A DNA stretch of 52,842 bases, from contig JAIQBT010000064.1 of the NCBI GenBank assembly GCA_020035195.1, positions 1-52,842 on the forward strand, in the 5' to 3' direction. Below are positions 32,923 through 43,504 of the stretch, piece by piece. The notes below the pieces were generated by a model. That model was not told the origin of the DNA and ran no database searches. It saw nothing but the letters and a program-made list of their open reading frames with translations. Position numbers and translations under genes: made by a program. The number at the start of each line of letters is the position of its first letter. Within the stretch, counting starts at the first letter, position 1. Source of the DNA: Methylotenera sp. GTDB lineage: Bacteria; Pseudomonadota; Gammaproteobacteria; Burkholderiales; Methylophilaceae.

Positions 32923-34092
32923 TCAGCCAAACAGACTGCGCTTGTGCTGCTGGGCCGTTAATTTCAAACCCAGCGCAATCACCAAGAAACCCAACAATGG
33001 AAAGACCGCGGCCAGCATAAATGTTTGCTGACCGCCTAAGTATTGCAAAGCATAGCCGCCGACCACGCCACCTAAAGTGCCGCCTATGCCGTAGGCCACA
33101 CTGTTGTATATGGCCTGACCTTTGGCTTGGTGCCTACCATTAAAAAAACGTGCGATCACTTCCACCGAGGCCGCATGAAAACTCCCGAAGGTGGCGGCGT
33201 GCAAGGTTTGCGCCAGCAGTAATAAGGGCCAAGAATCAATCGCCCAGCCTATTAAAGCAAAGCGCATGACCGCCAAAGCCAAGCTGACAAGCAAGATGGC
33301 TTTTAAACTGAAGTGCGCCATTATTTTTGGCATGGCCATAAAGACGCCGATCTCGCACACCACACCAACGGCCCACAACAAGCCAATGACACTTTTGCTG
33401 TAACCGTGCTCGCTCAGGTAGATGGAGTAAAAATTATAGAGCACGCCATGTGCCGTCACCATCAATGCGCAGCCTAGTAGCAGGGCAATCACATTTGGCT
33501 GCCGTATCAATTGCCAAATGGAGCATTCGTCATGGTCATGTGGCGCCACACTGGCATCGGGCAAACCAAAAGAGAGCACAAATAAAGTCATTTGCACGAA
33601 CAATAAAAACCACAACAAGCTCCGTATGCCGGCAAAATCGATCAGGTAGCCCAACAGCACGGCCGCCACAATAAAGCCCAAGGATCCCCACATGCGTATG
33701 CGGCTGTAATGGCCATTGGTGGTGGCCAAATGGGCTAAAGTAAGCGATTCTGCCAAAGGCAAGGTGGAGCTGGTAAACAGACTCAAGGCGGCCATGACAA
33801 AAAATAGCCAAAAAAACCCGTGGGCCCAAAACACCGCACTAAAGCCACACAAACCTAAGAAGGCCGTCAACTTAATCCACTGCGCACGCTTACCGGTGTG
33901 ATCGGCCAGCCAACCCCAAAAGTTAGGCGCGAAAATTCGACTGATTTGAAATAAAGACATCAGTATACCGATGTCGGCCGGACTAAATTGCTCGGACTTT
34001 AGGTACAAACCCCAATAAGGCACAAATGCGCCAACAAAGAAGTAATAAATAAAATAAAAGCGCGACAGCCTAAAATGGAGTTTTGTGTGCAT
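32923..34092 (-). CDS. MFS transporter (HcaT/MFS_1_like)
   Basis: About 12 hydrophobic segments; PYWGLYL, YSRIRMWGSLGF, QTLHAATFG. Confidence 0.88.
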   Translation of the reverse strand: MHTKLHFRLSRFYFIYYFFVGAFVPYWGLYLKSEQFSPADIGILMSLFQISRIFAPNFWGWLADHTGKRAQWIKLTAFLGLCGFSAVFWAHGFFWLFFVMAALSLFTSSTLPLAESLTLAHLATTNGHYSRIRMWGSLGFIVAAVLLGYLIDFAGIRSLLWFLLFVQMTLFVLSFGLPDASVAPHDHDECSIWQLIRQPNVIALLLGCALMVTAHGVLYNFYSIYLSEHGYSKSVIGLLWAVGVVCEIGVFMAMPKIMAHFSLKAILLVSLALAVMRFALIGWAIDSWPLLLLAQTLHAATFGSFHAASVEVIARFFNGRHQAKGQAIYNSVAYGIGGTLGGVVGGYALQYLGGQQTFMLAAVFPLLGFLVIALGLKLTAQQHKRSLFG

Positions 34093-34117
34093 GAGGGTTG
34101 GTAGGGCTAGCGGGCAT

Positions 34118-34140
34118 AAAAAAGTCGGCCATAGCCGACT
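34118..34140 (-). terminator. Rho-independent terminator of DUF465 gene
   Basis: Minus strand AGTCGGC-tatg-GCCGACT-TTTTT. Confidence 0.75.
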
Positions 34141-34154
34141 ATAAGCCCACTTAA

Positions 34155-34397
34155 TTAAACTAGCAACATGGCGTAAAGCTGATCTTTAAGCAGGGCCCGT
34201 TGTTTTTTTTGTTCTATCAAGGTGGCATCAGCAACCGGCACGTCCTCCCCCTCCAAGCGTTCCACATCCTTAGTCAAGGCATGGTAGGCATCAAAAAGCT
34301 TAGCAAAATGGGCATTGCCTATTTTTAAGCTGTGTATCTTATCTTTGTATTCTGGAAATTCGTGGGCTAAATCGTGGTGCTCAATGTTCATGCTCAT
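34155..34397 (-). CDS. YdcH / DUF465 family protein
   Basis: HHDLAHEFPEYKDKIHSLK...HFAKLFDAYH...KKQRALLKDQLY; AAGGA RBS. Confidence 0.88.
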   Translation of the reverse strand: MSMNIEHHDLAHEFPEYKDKIHSLKIGNAHFAKLFDAYHALTKDVERLEGEDVPVADATLIEQKKQRALLKDQLYAMLLV

Positions 34398-34468
34398 TCC
34401 TTAAAAATTAGTCGTAGCCAAGACCAAGAACCTACGCCCTCAACGTGAAGCCCTTAGCTTAGACTTTC

Positions 34469-34510
34469 ATTATAAAAGCACAGCTAAAAAGGCCACATGA
34501 TATACATCAA
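34469..34510 (-). promoter_or_regulatory. class II FNR/ANR-type promoter
   Basis: Minus strand TTGAT-gtat-ATCAT (34510-34497), 22 nt, then perfect TATAAT (34474-34469). Confidence 0.75.
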
Positions 34511-34537
34511 AGCAAACCGTTAAATTAAACGATTCGA

Positions 34538-35632
34538 TTAAACGATGGTAGGCGTGCTGCTCTGAACGTCTGCATTTTGTGCGCGATGGCGCAGTGCATG
34601 GTCCATCAACACCAAAGCCAACATAGCTTCAACGATAGGCGTTGCGCGAACGCCCACGCAAGGGTCATGCCTGCCCGTGGTTTCCATGTGCACCGCCGAT
34701 CCATGCTTATCCACGGATCGGCGCGGCTGCGGAATGCTGGAGGTGGGTTTTAATGCCACATTGACCCGTATGGTCTGACCGGTTGAAATGCCGCCTAGTA
34801 TCCCGCCAGCATGGTTGCTGACAAAGCCTTGCGGGGTCATTTCATCGGAATGTTCACTGCCACGTTGGGCAATCGCAGCAAATCCAGCGCCTATCTCCAC
34901 GCCTTTTACTGCATTAATGCTCATCATGGCGTAAGCGATTTCTGCATCCAGTCGATCGAATACTGGCTCACCCCAACCTACTGGCACACCCTCGGCCAAC
35001 ACGGTAATTTGCGCACCCACGGAATCCCGCGCGGCACGCACCTCGTCTAAGTAATTAGCCAATGTGGGCAATACATCTACGTTAGGCGAAAAAAATGCAT
35101 TGTCCGGGTGCTGCAAAGCATCCCAACTGACAAATGGAATGGCATGCTCGCCCAATTGGCTCATGTAAGCCCTCACCGTCACGCCAAAGCGTTGCTTTAA
35201 CCATTTTTTTGCAATAGCGCCGGCAGCCACTCTAACTGCAGTTTCCCTAGCACTGGATCGTCCACCCCCACGGTAATCGCGTATGCCATATTTTTGGCTA
35301 TAGGTGTAATCGGCATGGCCGGGACGAAAGGTATCCATGATTTTAGAGTAATCTTGGCTGCGCTGATCGGTATTGCGTATCAACAAACCAATGGGCGCGC
35401 CTGTGGTTTTGCCTTCAAACACCCCGGACAATATCTCCACGGCATCGTCTTCTTTACGCTGAGTGACGTGGCGCGACGTGCCGGGTTTGCGCCTGTCCAA
35501 ATCCACTTGCAAATCTTCTGCGCACAACTCCAAGCCTGGCGGGCATCCATCCACTACCCCGCCTATTGCTGCGCCGTGAGATTCACCGAAGGAAGTTAAG
35601 GTGAATAGCGTACCTATGGTGTTACCAGACAT
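34538..35632 (-). CDS. aroC: chorismate synthase
   Basis: [37 protein letters not shown]. Confidence 0.97.
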   Translation of the reverse strand: MSGNTIGTLFTLTSFGESHGAAIGGVVDGCPPGLELCAEDLQVDLDRRKPGTSRHVTQRKEDDAVEILSGVFEGKTTGAPIGLLIRNTDQRSQDYSKIMDTFRPGHADYTYSQKYGIRDYRGGGRSSARETAVRVAAGAIAKKWLKQRFGVTVRAYMSQLGEHAIPFVSWDALQHPDNAFFSPNVDVLPTLANYLDEVRAARDSVGAQITVLAEGVPVGWGEPVFDRLDAEIAYAMMSINAVKGVEIGAGFAAIAQRGSEHSDEMTPQGFVSNHAGGILGGISTGQTIRVNVALKPTSSIPQPRRSVDKHGSAVHMETTGRHDPCVGVRATPIVEAMLALVLMDHALRHRAQNADVQSSTPTIV

Positions 35633-35683
35633 AATGAATTTCTCTTATAAGTTTGTTCGATTTTAACATACTGCCGGAGCACA

Positions 35684-36374
35684 TTACAGCAAGCCCTTAA
35701 TCCACTGCCCATAAAGCTGCCTGGCCACTTTCTGCAGAAAAAACAATGCAAAGGCAAATTCTCTTGCATGCCATCGGCTTGTTGCACGGCAAGACTAAGC
35801 TTGGCTTCGAGCAACTCTTGCTGATCCTTATCGCACCAGCTTTTAATCATGTCCGGCGTCATTTCTATGTGGCATTGCATGGCCAAATGCTTGCCCATCG
35901 CATAAGCTTGATTTTGACAGTGTGCGCTGGCCAATAGGTGATTAGCACCGACAGGTAAGTCAAAGGTTTCACCGTGCCAATGAAATGGATTAAAGCGCTC
36001 AATGTCAGCAAACCAATGTTTAGCGACCTCACTATCGGTGACCGTTGCCGGCCCCCAGCCAATTTCTTTTATAGGATTTTCACTCACCCGCGCACCGCAC
36101 GCCTTGGCCATCAATTGCCCACCTAAACAATGGTCTAATACAGGCATGTCGGCGGCCATGGCTTGCGCAATGATGGCCAACAGTGGCGCCCATCGTTAAC
36201 ACTCATGGGGCCGCCCATTAGAACGATACCACTGAAATCCAACACGGAACTGGGTAAACTCGCCACATCCTCCGTATCAAACACTAGGCTAGGAATACCA
36301 TTTTCCTGCGAAAAAGCAGCTAAAAACCCAGCCCCTTCATACGCCACGTTTCTAAAAATGGCAACCGGCTTCAC
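35684..36374 (-). pseudogene. class I glutamine amidotransferase-like gene, two frameshifts
   Basis: GGPMSVND / frameshift near 36191 / APLLAII..PVLDHCLGGQLM..EIGW..FHWHGETF..QCHIEM..LHCF / frameshift in A6 run 35738-35743 / LQKVARQLYGQWIKGLL*. Confidence 0.82.
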
Positions 36375-36907
36375 GCTGCACCTACCTTATAGTCACCGTT
36401 GCCTAGGCCATCCAAAGTGAACGCCCCTATCGCATAGCGGATTAAACGTAAGGTGGGGAAGCCTATGTGTGCGGTCATGCGCCTCACTTGCCTATTTTTA
36501 CCTTCACTGATTTTAATTTCCAGCCAAGCCGTGGGGATGGTTTGGCGTTCGCGTATGGGTGGATTTCTTGGCCACAACAAAGGCGGCGCAGCCATAATGC
36601 GCACGCTCGCTGGCTGGGTTACAAAATCCGACAGTGCCACACCCACGCGTAAGGGCGCCAAATTTTCATCACTGGGCTGACCCTCCACTTGCACCCAATA
36701 GGTTTTAATTTCTTTGTGTTTAGGATCGCTTAAACGGTGTTGTAACAATCCATCATCGGTTAGAATAAGTAAACCTTCGCTGTCAGTATCCAAGCGACCT
36801 GCAGCGTATACATGGGGAATGGGAATAAAGTCTTTTAACGTAGGGTGCTTCTCGTGCAGGCTAAATTGGCACACTACGTTAAATGGTTTGTTAAATAAAA
36901 TTATCAT
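36371..36907 (-). CDS. rluE: 23S rRNA pseudouridine synthase E
   Basis: [44 protein letters not shown]; divergent from icd. Confidence 0.92.
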   Translation of the reverse strand: MIILFNKPFNVVCQFSLHEKHPTLKDFIPIPHVYAAGRLDTDSEGLLILTDDGLLQHRLSDPKHKEIKTYWVQVEGQPSDENLAPLRVGVALSDFVTQPASVRIMAAPPLLWPRNPPIRERQTIPTAWLEIKISEGKNRQVRRMTAHIGFPTLRLIRYAIGAFTLDGLGNGDYKVGAA

Positions 36908-36947
36908 TAGCTACTTATACTATTAAAATCATCAGCTTAGGGAAAAA

Positions 36948-38204
36948 ATGACTGCACAAAACAGCATCACTGGCAAAATCAAAACGCCTGCATTCGGTGA
37001 AAAGATACGCGTCAATGCCGACAACTCACTCAAGGTACCCAACCAACCTATTATCCCATTTATTGAAGGCGATGGCATAGGGGCCGACATCACACCACCC
37101 ATGATTAAAGTCGTGGACGCCGCCGTAGAAAAAGCCTACCAAGGCAGCAAAAAAATTGCTTGGATGGAAGTCTACGCCGGCGAGAAAGCCACCAAAGTGT
37201 ATGCTGAAAATGATTGGCTACCGGCGGAAACCATGGCGACCGTGCGCGACTATGTGGTCTCTATCAAAGGTCCATTAACCACCCCGGTTGGCGGCGGCAT
37301 TCGCTCGCTCAATGTAGCGCTGCGCCAAGAGTTGGATTTGTATGTTTGCTTACGACCTGTGCAGTATTTCACTGGCGTACCTAGCCCAGTGAAGCACCCA
37401 GAAAAAACCGACATGGTTATTTTCCGTGAAAATACCGAAGACATTTACGCAGGCATAGAATGGGCAGCAGGTTCAGACGAAGCCAAAAAAGTCATTGAAT
37501 TTATCAGCGACATGGGCATGCGTAAAAAAATTCGCTTTCCTGAATCTTCAGCCATAGGCATCAAACCTGTATCCATAGACGGCAGCAAACGCTTAGTGCG
37601 CAAAGCCATACAATATGCCATAGACAACAACAGACGCTCCGTCACCATTGCCCACAAAGGCAACATCATGAAATTCACCGAGGGTGGTTTCCGTGATTGG
37701 GGCTACGAAGTGGCTAAGCAAGAATTCGGTGCCGTTGAAATTGACGGCGGCCCATGGTGCAAATTACCTAATGGCATGATCATTAAGGACTGCATCGCCG
37801 ATGCTTTCTTACAAGAAATTTTATTGCACCCGCAGGACTACGACGTGGTCGCTACACTTAACTTAAATGGCGACTACATGAGCGACGCACTTGCTGCACA
37901 AGTTGGCGGCATAGGCATCGCGCCGGGCGCCAACCTAAGCGACACGGTAGCCATGTTTGAGGCCACGCATGGCACAGCGCCAAAAATTGCCGGCAAAGAC
38001 TTGGCCAACCCTAGCTCCATCATCCTGTCTGCCGAAATGATGTTGCGCCACCTAGGTTGGACAGAAGCCGCCGACTTGGTCTTACATGGCGTGGCTCAAG
38101 CCATCCTAGCCAAAAGAGTGACTGGCGACTTTGCCAGCGAAATGCAAGGCGCGACCCAAGTTGGCACCGCACAATTCGCCAATGAAATTATTGCCCATAT
38201 GTAA
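36948..38204 (+). CDS. icd: homodimeric isocitrate dehydrogenase
   Basis: [61 protein letters not shown]. Confidence 0.97.
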   Translation: MTAQNSITGKIKTPAFGEKIRVNADNSLKVPNQPIIPFIEGDGIGADITPPMIKVVDAAVEKAYQGSKKIAWMEVYAGEKATKVYAENDWLPAETMATVRDYVVSIKGPLTTPVGGGIRSLNVALRQELDLYVCLRPVQYFTGVPSPVKHPEKTDMVIFRENTEDIYAGIEWAAGSDEAKKVIEFISDMGMRKKIRFPESSAIGIKPVSIDGSKRLVRKAIQYAIDNNRRSVTIAHKGNIMKFTEGGFRDWGYEVAKQEFGAVEIDGGPWCKLPNGMIIKDCIADAFLQEILLHPQDYDVVATLNLNGDYMSDALAAQVGGIGIAPGANLSDTVAMFEATHGTAPKIAGKDLANPSSIILSAEMMLRHLGWTEAADLVLHGVAQAILAKRVTGDFASEMQGATQVGTAQFANEIIAHM

Positions 38205-38206
38205 GC

Positions 38207-38314
38207 CAAGCCAGCCTAATGGAACCTATCATCATGGTGGTGTTGGGCGTGCTCATAGGCGGCCTAGTGATTGCCATGTATATGCCCATATTTAAAATGG
38301 GGGCCGTGGTTTAA
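38207..38314 (+). pseudogene. pilC: C-terminal remnant of type IV pilus platform protein PilC (GspF family)
   Basis: QASLMEPIIMVVLGVLIGGLVIAMYMPIFKMGAVV*: the canonical final TM helix of PilC, beginning 2 nt after the icd stop. Confidence 0.92.
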
Positions 38315-38369
38315 CTAGCCGCTATTACTAGTCGACTGCACCCCTGCACAAGCCTTAAAGCAACCGCGC

Positions 38370-39089
38370 TTATTTCCTAGCCGCTGCTTGCAAAGCCCGC
38401 TCTATTTCCTTGTAAGGCTGGGCCCCTAACATACGCTTACCATCAGAAAAGATCAGCGTGGGCGTACTGGTGATGTCCAGCGACTTAGCCAAGTCGCCTA
38501 CTCTTTCTAAAGGCACATCGCAATTTTGTGCATTTTTTGGCAATTGATTGCGCATGATCCAATCGTCCCAAGCTTTAACCCTGTTGCTTGCACACCAGAT
38601 GGCTTTAGATTTAGCGGTGGCATCCGGATGCAATTGCGCGATGGGGTAAAGAAAAGTATAGACCGTGACGTCGGTGATATTGCTTAACTCATTTTGTTCT
38701 AGGCGCTTGCAATACGGGCAATCCACATCGGAAAATACCACCAGCTTCCGACTGCCGTTGCCTTTCACGACTTTAATGGCTTGATCCAAGGGCAATTTGG
38801 CAAAGTCTATTTTGGTCAGCTCATCCATGCGCTCGGCGGTCAAATCTTTTTTGGATTTGGGATCCACCAAACGCCCTTCGGCAATCAAAAACGTCATTTT
38901 TTCATCGGTATAGACGATCTGTCCGGCCATGAACACTTCATACAAACCGGTATAAGGCGTTTTCGTCACGCTCTCCACTTTGAATTTTGGGTAGGCTGCT
39001 TCCACGGCTTTTTTAAGGCTGACTTCATCGGCCATGGCCGCCAAACTAAGGCCACTCAATACGGTATACGCCACTATTTTCTTAATCAT
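38370..39089 (-). CDS. dsbC: thiol:disulfide isomerase DsbC
   Basis: Signal peptide, GLYEV, VFSDVDCPYCK, TPTL..G. Confidence 0.92.
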   Translation of the reverse strand: MIKKIVAYTVLSGLSLAAMADEVSLKKAVEAAYPKFKVESVTKTPYTGLYEVFMAGQIVYTDEKMTFLIAEGRLVDPKSKKDLTAERMDELTKIDFAKLPLDQAIKVVKGNGSRKLVVFSDVDCPYCKRLEQNELSNITDVTVYTFLYPIAQLHPDATAKSKAIWCASNRVKAWDDWIMRNQLPKNAQNCDVPLERVGDLAKSLDITSTPTLIFSDGKRMLGAQPYKEIERALQAAARK

Positions 39090-39141
39090 ACTGCTCCTAA
39101 TTTAAATCAACGGGCTTAAAGGCCAAAATCCAGGCAAGGTA

Positions 39142-40335
39142 TTAAATCTTAAGGGCAAAGGCCAGCAAGGTTTTCTTTATCAAGCTTGCATTGGCCGCCG
39201 ACCAAGCGGCGCTCCTGATGCCTTTAATAACAGCATACTTGCTGGCAAAAACCTGAAACAGGCCATCCGTAATCACGCGCATACTCAGCACATCGACTTT
39301 TCTACGCCTAGTATAAGCCTTTAATAAGCCGCTGTCGGCCAGGCCTTGGTAGGCATTTTTTTCTTGCAAACTTTGCATTAAATCGATGACGTCTCTAAAC
39401 CCGAGATTCACCCCTTGGCCAGCCATGGGGTGAATTTGATGGGCGGCATCCCCTACGAAAACCACACCATCTTGCACGGTCTTTTCCGACAATTGCAGGC
39501 GCAAAGGAAACGCCTTGGGCGCACTCAGCAAGTGCATTTCACCCAGGGCGTGGCCGCCAGCTTGCACCACAGCCAAACTAAATTCTGCCGCACTTAAGTT
39601 TAACAATTGTTCTGCGTGTGCTAATGGCACAGACCAGACTATGGATAGGGTGTTGTTTGGCAAGGGCAACCAGGCCAAGATATAGCTACCCAATGTAGGC
39701 TCGCTGGCAAACCATTGCCTAGCAATATCGGCGTGCGGTTTCTCGACGCTAAAATTAGCGACTATGGCCCGCTGTTCATAGGATTTTTCTTGGACGCTTA
39801 TCTGTAATTGCTGACGCAGCCAAGATTGGCTGCCATCGGCTGCAACCAGCAGCCGGCTTTCGATGATGCGCTTATCGACTAAGCACAAATGCGTGATGTT
39901 ACTGCTGCTGTTGACCGCGGCACATGGGCTATCAAACAACAGCGGCATGCCTGTTGCTTGTATGGCTTTATACAAAGCCTGCAGCAATTGTCCAGCTTCG
40001 ACCACGTAAGCCATAGGTCCAGCAGCCTCGTCAGGCGTCATGTTTAAGGGCACGGCATCGGCAAACAGTTGCATGCTGTTTATTTGGCCAATACGCGCCT
40101 TGTCCAATAGCGGCCACACCCCTAATTTGGCTAACCACTGCGCATTGCTTGGGCTAATGGCATATATTCTTGCATCCCACTGCAGGCTAGCATCGGCACT
40201 TGCTGTTGTGAGGGCTGGGCCCGCATCCACCAAGGCTACCGTGTAGCCTGCCTGGTGACAAGCCAAGGCGGCAGACAGGCCCACCAAACCGGCACCCACC
40301 ACTGCCACGTCTACGCGATGGCTCACAGCGCTCAT
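39142..40335 (-). CDS. FAD-dependent ubiquinone biosynthesis hydroxylase (UbiF/UbiI/VisC type)
   Basis: VVGAGLVG, RIYAISP, AADG, VGDAAHQIHPMAGQGVNLGFRD. Confidence 0.9.
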   Translation of the reverse strand: MSAVSHRVDVAVVGAGLVGLSAALACHQAGYTVALVDAGPALTTASADASLQWDARIYAISPSNAQWLAKLGVWPLLDKARIGQINSMQLFADAVPLNMTPDEAAGPMAYVVEAGQLLQALYKAIQATGMPLLFDSPCAAVNSSSNITHLCLVDKRIIESRLLVAADGSQSWLRQQLQISVQEKSYEQRAIVANFSVEKPHADIARQWFASEPTLGSYILAWLPLPNNTLSIVWSVPLAHAEQLLNLSAAEFSLAVVQAGGHALGEMHLLSAPKAFPLRLQLSEKTVQDGVVFVGDAAHQIHPMAGQGVNLGFRDVIDLMQSLQEKNAYQGLADSGLLKAYTRRRKVDVLSMRVITDGLFQVFASKYAVIKGIRSAAWSAANASLIKKTLLAFALKI

Positions 40336-41492
40336 TTGCCAAAGCTCATTTTACGCAGCAGATGCCGTTTAATCGGTTTAATCACATCAAACAAAGCCAA
40401 CCCGGAACTGCGCAAGGCCGGCAAACCCAGGATGTCATTGGAAAAAATATTGACTAAAAAGTCGGTGAACAGCAAGCCGCCTTTGGTGTCGGCTTGACGG
40501 CTGCTTTGATATGTCTGCAACATGGTGCTGTCGCCATAGTTAGCTGGTGAGCAGGCAGCGATGCTAGCAGCGAGTGCGACAGCGTCGCGCAAACCCACAT
40601 TAAAGCCTTGACCAGCCACGGGGTGCATGGTCTGCGCCGCATTGCCTATCACCACCAAATGCACGACGTCCTTGGTTTTTAACTGCGACAATTTCAGCGG
40701 GAAACGCATGCGTTTTCCTACCGTCAAAAATTGCCCCAGCCTATCGCCAAACTGCTGATGAAATGCCTTGAGAAAATCAGCGTCCGATAAGGCCATCAAT
40801 TGCGCCACATAATCGGTTTTGCCTGTCCAAACCAAAGAAAAGGCCGTTTTGCCATTTGGCAACAAGGCCAAAGGGCCGTGCTCGGTGAAACGTTCAAAAG
40901 CCATGTTGCCGTGGGCCAACTCGGCATCTACCATGCTGATCAAGGCATCGTGTCCGTATTCTTTAGTTTCTCTTGTCAGGCCTGCCACCGCATTGAGGCT
41001 GCGACCGCCATCGGCCAAGACCACCAAAGGGCTGTTTAATGTGACTTCTTTGGCCAGTTGCGTGTAGCGCACCGTGGCTTGCTCTGCGTTGTGCTCTATG
41101 TACTCGGCACTGGCCCCAAATAAGCAGTTGACCGACGTTTGCTGCTGAAGCGCTTGGTATAAAGCACGGCTTAAGTCGCCGTAGGAAAGCACGTAGCCCA
41201 GCGCCTCCTGTTGCAAATCGGCGGCCTGCAACCATGATCGGCCAAGGCTGCCTTTTTGTGACACATGTATGCTGTTAATGGCCGTCGCCGAATTCGCCAA
41301 CGCGTCCCAAACACCCACCTTTTCCAATACCCTACGGCTGCCAAAAGACAAAGCCAAAGCCCGACTTTCTTGGTAAGCATCGGTTAGCTTACGTGCTTCC
41401 AGCAAGCTCACCGGCAAGCCTTGTTGTGCCAACAACAAGGCCAAGGTCGCGCCCACTGGCCCGCCGCCAACGATGACTATGGGTACCGTCAT
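40332..41492 (-). CDS. ubiH: 2-polyprenyl-6-methoxyphenol hydroxylase
   Basis: VGGGPVG, RALALS, AFERFT..GPLALLP, IGNAAQTMHPVAGQGFNVGLRD; follows pepP. Confidence 0.88.
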   Translation of the reverse strand: MTVPIVIVGGGPVGATLALLLAQQGLPVSLLEARKLTDAYQESRALALSFGSRRVLEKVGVWDALANSATAINSIHVSQKGSLGRSWLQAADLQQEALGYVLSYGDLSRALYQALQQQTSVNCLFGASAEYIEHNAEQATVRYTQLAKEVTLNSPLVVLADGGRSLNAVAGLTRETKEYGHDALISMVDAELAHGNMAFERFTEHGPLALLPNGKTAFSLVWTGKTDYVAQLMALSDADFLKAFHQQFGDRLGQFLTVGKRMRFPLKLSQLKTKDVVHLVVIGNAAQTMHPVAGQGFNVGLRDAVALAASIAACSPANYGDSTMLQTYQSSRQADTKGGLLFTDFLVNIFSNDILGLPALRSSGLALFDVIKPIKRHLLRKMSFGK

Positions 41493-42799
41493 GACGTTTG
41501 CATCAACGCCTCTATGTCAGCCACCGACTTAATCGCTTTGGCCGTCAGCACCTCACAGCCATTCGCTGTGACCAAGACATCGTCCTCTATGCGTATGCCG
41601 GTGTGCCAAAAATGCTCGGGCACATTAGCCGCTGGGCGTATGTAGCAACCAGGCTCAACGGTGAGGGTCATGCCCGCTTCCAAACCACGCCATTGCTGAT
41701 CGCGGTCTTTGTACTCGCCCACGTCGTGCACATCCAAGCCCAGCCAATGGCCGGTTCTATGCATGTAAAAGCGTCTGTAGTCGCCACTGTCCAACACGGA
41801 TTGCAGACTGCCTTGACACAATTTCAAATCGATAAAGCCTTGTGCCAGCACGGCCAAGGCAGTTTGGTGTGGCGCATCCCAATGTTGGCCTGGGGCAACC
41901 TGCTGTATGGCGGCCAATTGGGCCGCCAAGACCAATTCGTACAGGTCTTTTTGTGGCCCACTAAATTTCCCATTCACCGGGAAGGTGCGACTGATGTCAG
42001 AAGCATAGCCGTCCAATTCGCAGCCTGCGTCAATTAAGAGCAGGTCGCCGTCGCGCAAGGGCGCGTTATTGGCGTTGTAATGCAAGGTGCAGGCATTCGC
42101 GCCACCCGCCACTATGCTGGTGTAGGCCGGGGCTTGCGCCCCTTGTTGGTAAAATTTTTGTAAAAACGCCGCTTCCAACTGGTACTCCATCATGCCAGGT
42201 TTAACCAACTGCATGGCACGGTTGTGCGCGGTCGCGGCTATGTTGGCAGAGCGTCGCATAAGCCCTTGCTCAAACGGGGATTTATAAAGACGCAACTCAT
42301 CAATGAGCTTGCGCGGGTCGCACACGGCATCCGGCACATGCACCCCAGCTCTGGCTTGCGTGCCCAATTGCTTTAAGCAAGTCGTCAAGCGCGCATCCCA
42401 AGCAGCGTTGTGGCCTAAACTAAAATACAGCTTAGGCTGATTGGCTAACAAGCTTAATAATTTGGCGTCCAGCTCGTCCATGCTGTAGGCTTCATCAAAG
42501 CAAAACTCTTCACAGGCGGCCGCTGGCCCATACCTAAAGCCATCCCAAATTTCGCGCTCCGGGTCTTTCTCTCGGCAAAATAAAATGGATTTTGCTGCCT
42601 TCCCTGCCAACAACACCAACACCGCTTCCGGTTCTTTGAAGCCGCTTAAATAATAAAATGAACTGTCAAATCGGAACGGGTAGTGGCTGTCACCATTGCG
42701 CACCACTTCTGCCGCGGTTGGAATGATGGCAATGCCATCCCCCATGGCGCTGAGCATTTTCTGACGTCTGGATTTGAATTCCGCCTGTGCTGATTTCAT
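41489..42799 (-). CDS. pepP: Xaa-Pro aminopeptidase
   Basis: LLIDAGCE..GYASDISRT, HRTGHWLGLDVHD, TVEPG, GIRIEDD. Confidence 0.96.
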   Translation of the reverse strand: MKSAQAEFKSRRQKMLSAMGDGIAIIPTAAEVVRNGDSHYPFRFDSSFYYLSGFKEPEAVLVLLAGKAAKSILFCREKDPEREIWDGFRYGPAAACEEFCFDEAYSMDELDAKLLSLLANQPKLYFSLGHNAAWDARLTTCLKQLGTQARAGVHVPDAVCDPRKLIDELRLYKSPFEQGLMRRSANIAATAHNRAMQLVKPGMMEYQLEAAFLQKFYQQGAQAPAYTSIVAGGANACTLHYNANNAPLRDGDLLLIDAGCELDGYASDISRTFPVNGKFSGPQKDLYELVLAAQLAAIQQVAPGQHWDAPHQTALAVLAQGFIDLKLCQGSLQSVLDSGDYRRFYMHRTGHWLGLDVHDVGEYKDRDQQWRGLEAGMTLTVEPGCYIRPAANVPEHFWHTGIRIEDDVLVTANGCEVLTAKAIKSVADIEALMQTS

Positions 42800-42820
42800 G
42801 TGCTTACTGTCCTATGCTAT

Positions 42821-43504
42821 CTATGCTGCAGGCGCATGCCCAGTTAATTGTTGATCTAAACTTTGCAAGCGCTCTGGCGTGCCTATGTCATGCCAAACAC
42901 CTGCATAATGCGTGGCTGTGGCTAACTGTTTGGCCATCGCCAAACGTAACAAGGGCGCTAATTTAGCTGCTTGACCCCTGGCCACACCGGCAAAAAAACT
43001 GGGCTGGTAGACGCCCACGCCAGAAAAAGTAAGCTTGGGTGATCCACTTTCGCACAAACAGCCCTCGACAATAGCAAAGTCACCCTCAGGATGCTGAGAC
43101 GGGTTATCCACCATTAATAAATGGGCCAGCCTAGGCATAAGCTTTAGCGCCGCTAATGGAGCGAAATCCATCTCGGTGTAGATGTCACCATTCACCACTA
43201 AAAAAGGCTGGTCACCTAAGATAGGCAAGGCCTGAGCGATACCGCCTGCCGTTTCCAAGGCCTGTTGTTCTGGGCTGTATTCAATGTGCATAGCCCATAG
43301 ACTGCCATTGCCCAAGGCTTGTTCAATCTGAGCACCTAAATGGGCATGATTAATCACCACTTCACTAAACCCGGCGCGTGCCAGGCGCTCCAAGTGCCAA
43401 ACAATCAGCGGCTTGCCACCGACCTTCAATAAAGGCTTAGGGGTAAAATCCGTCAATGGCCGCATACGCTCACCACGACCAGCCGCCAATATCATCGCTT
43501 TCAT
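42821..43504 (-). CDS. murU: MurNAc-1-phosphate uridylyltransferase
   Basis: MKAMILAAGRGERMRPLT..PKPLL, LETAGGI, VNGD, W.DIGTPERL; follows amgK. Confidence 0.92.
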   Translation of the reverse strand: MKAMILAAGRGERMRPLTDFTPKPLLKVGGKPLIVWHLERLARAGFSEVVINHAHLGAQIEQALGNGSLWAMHIEYSPEQQALETAGGIAQALPILGDQPFLVVNGDIYTEMDFAPLAALKLMPRLAHLLMVDNPSQHPEGDFAIVEGCLCESGSPKLTFSGVGVYQPSFFAGVARGQAAKLAPLLRLAMAKQLATATHYAGVWHDIGTPERLQSLDQQLTGHAPAA

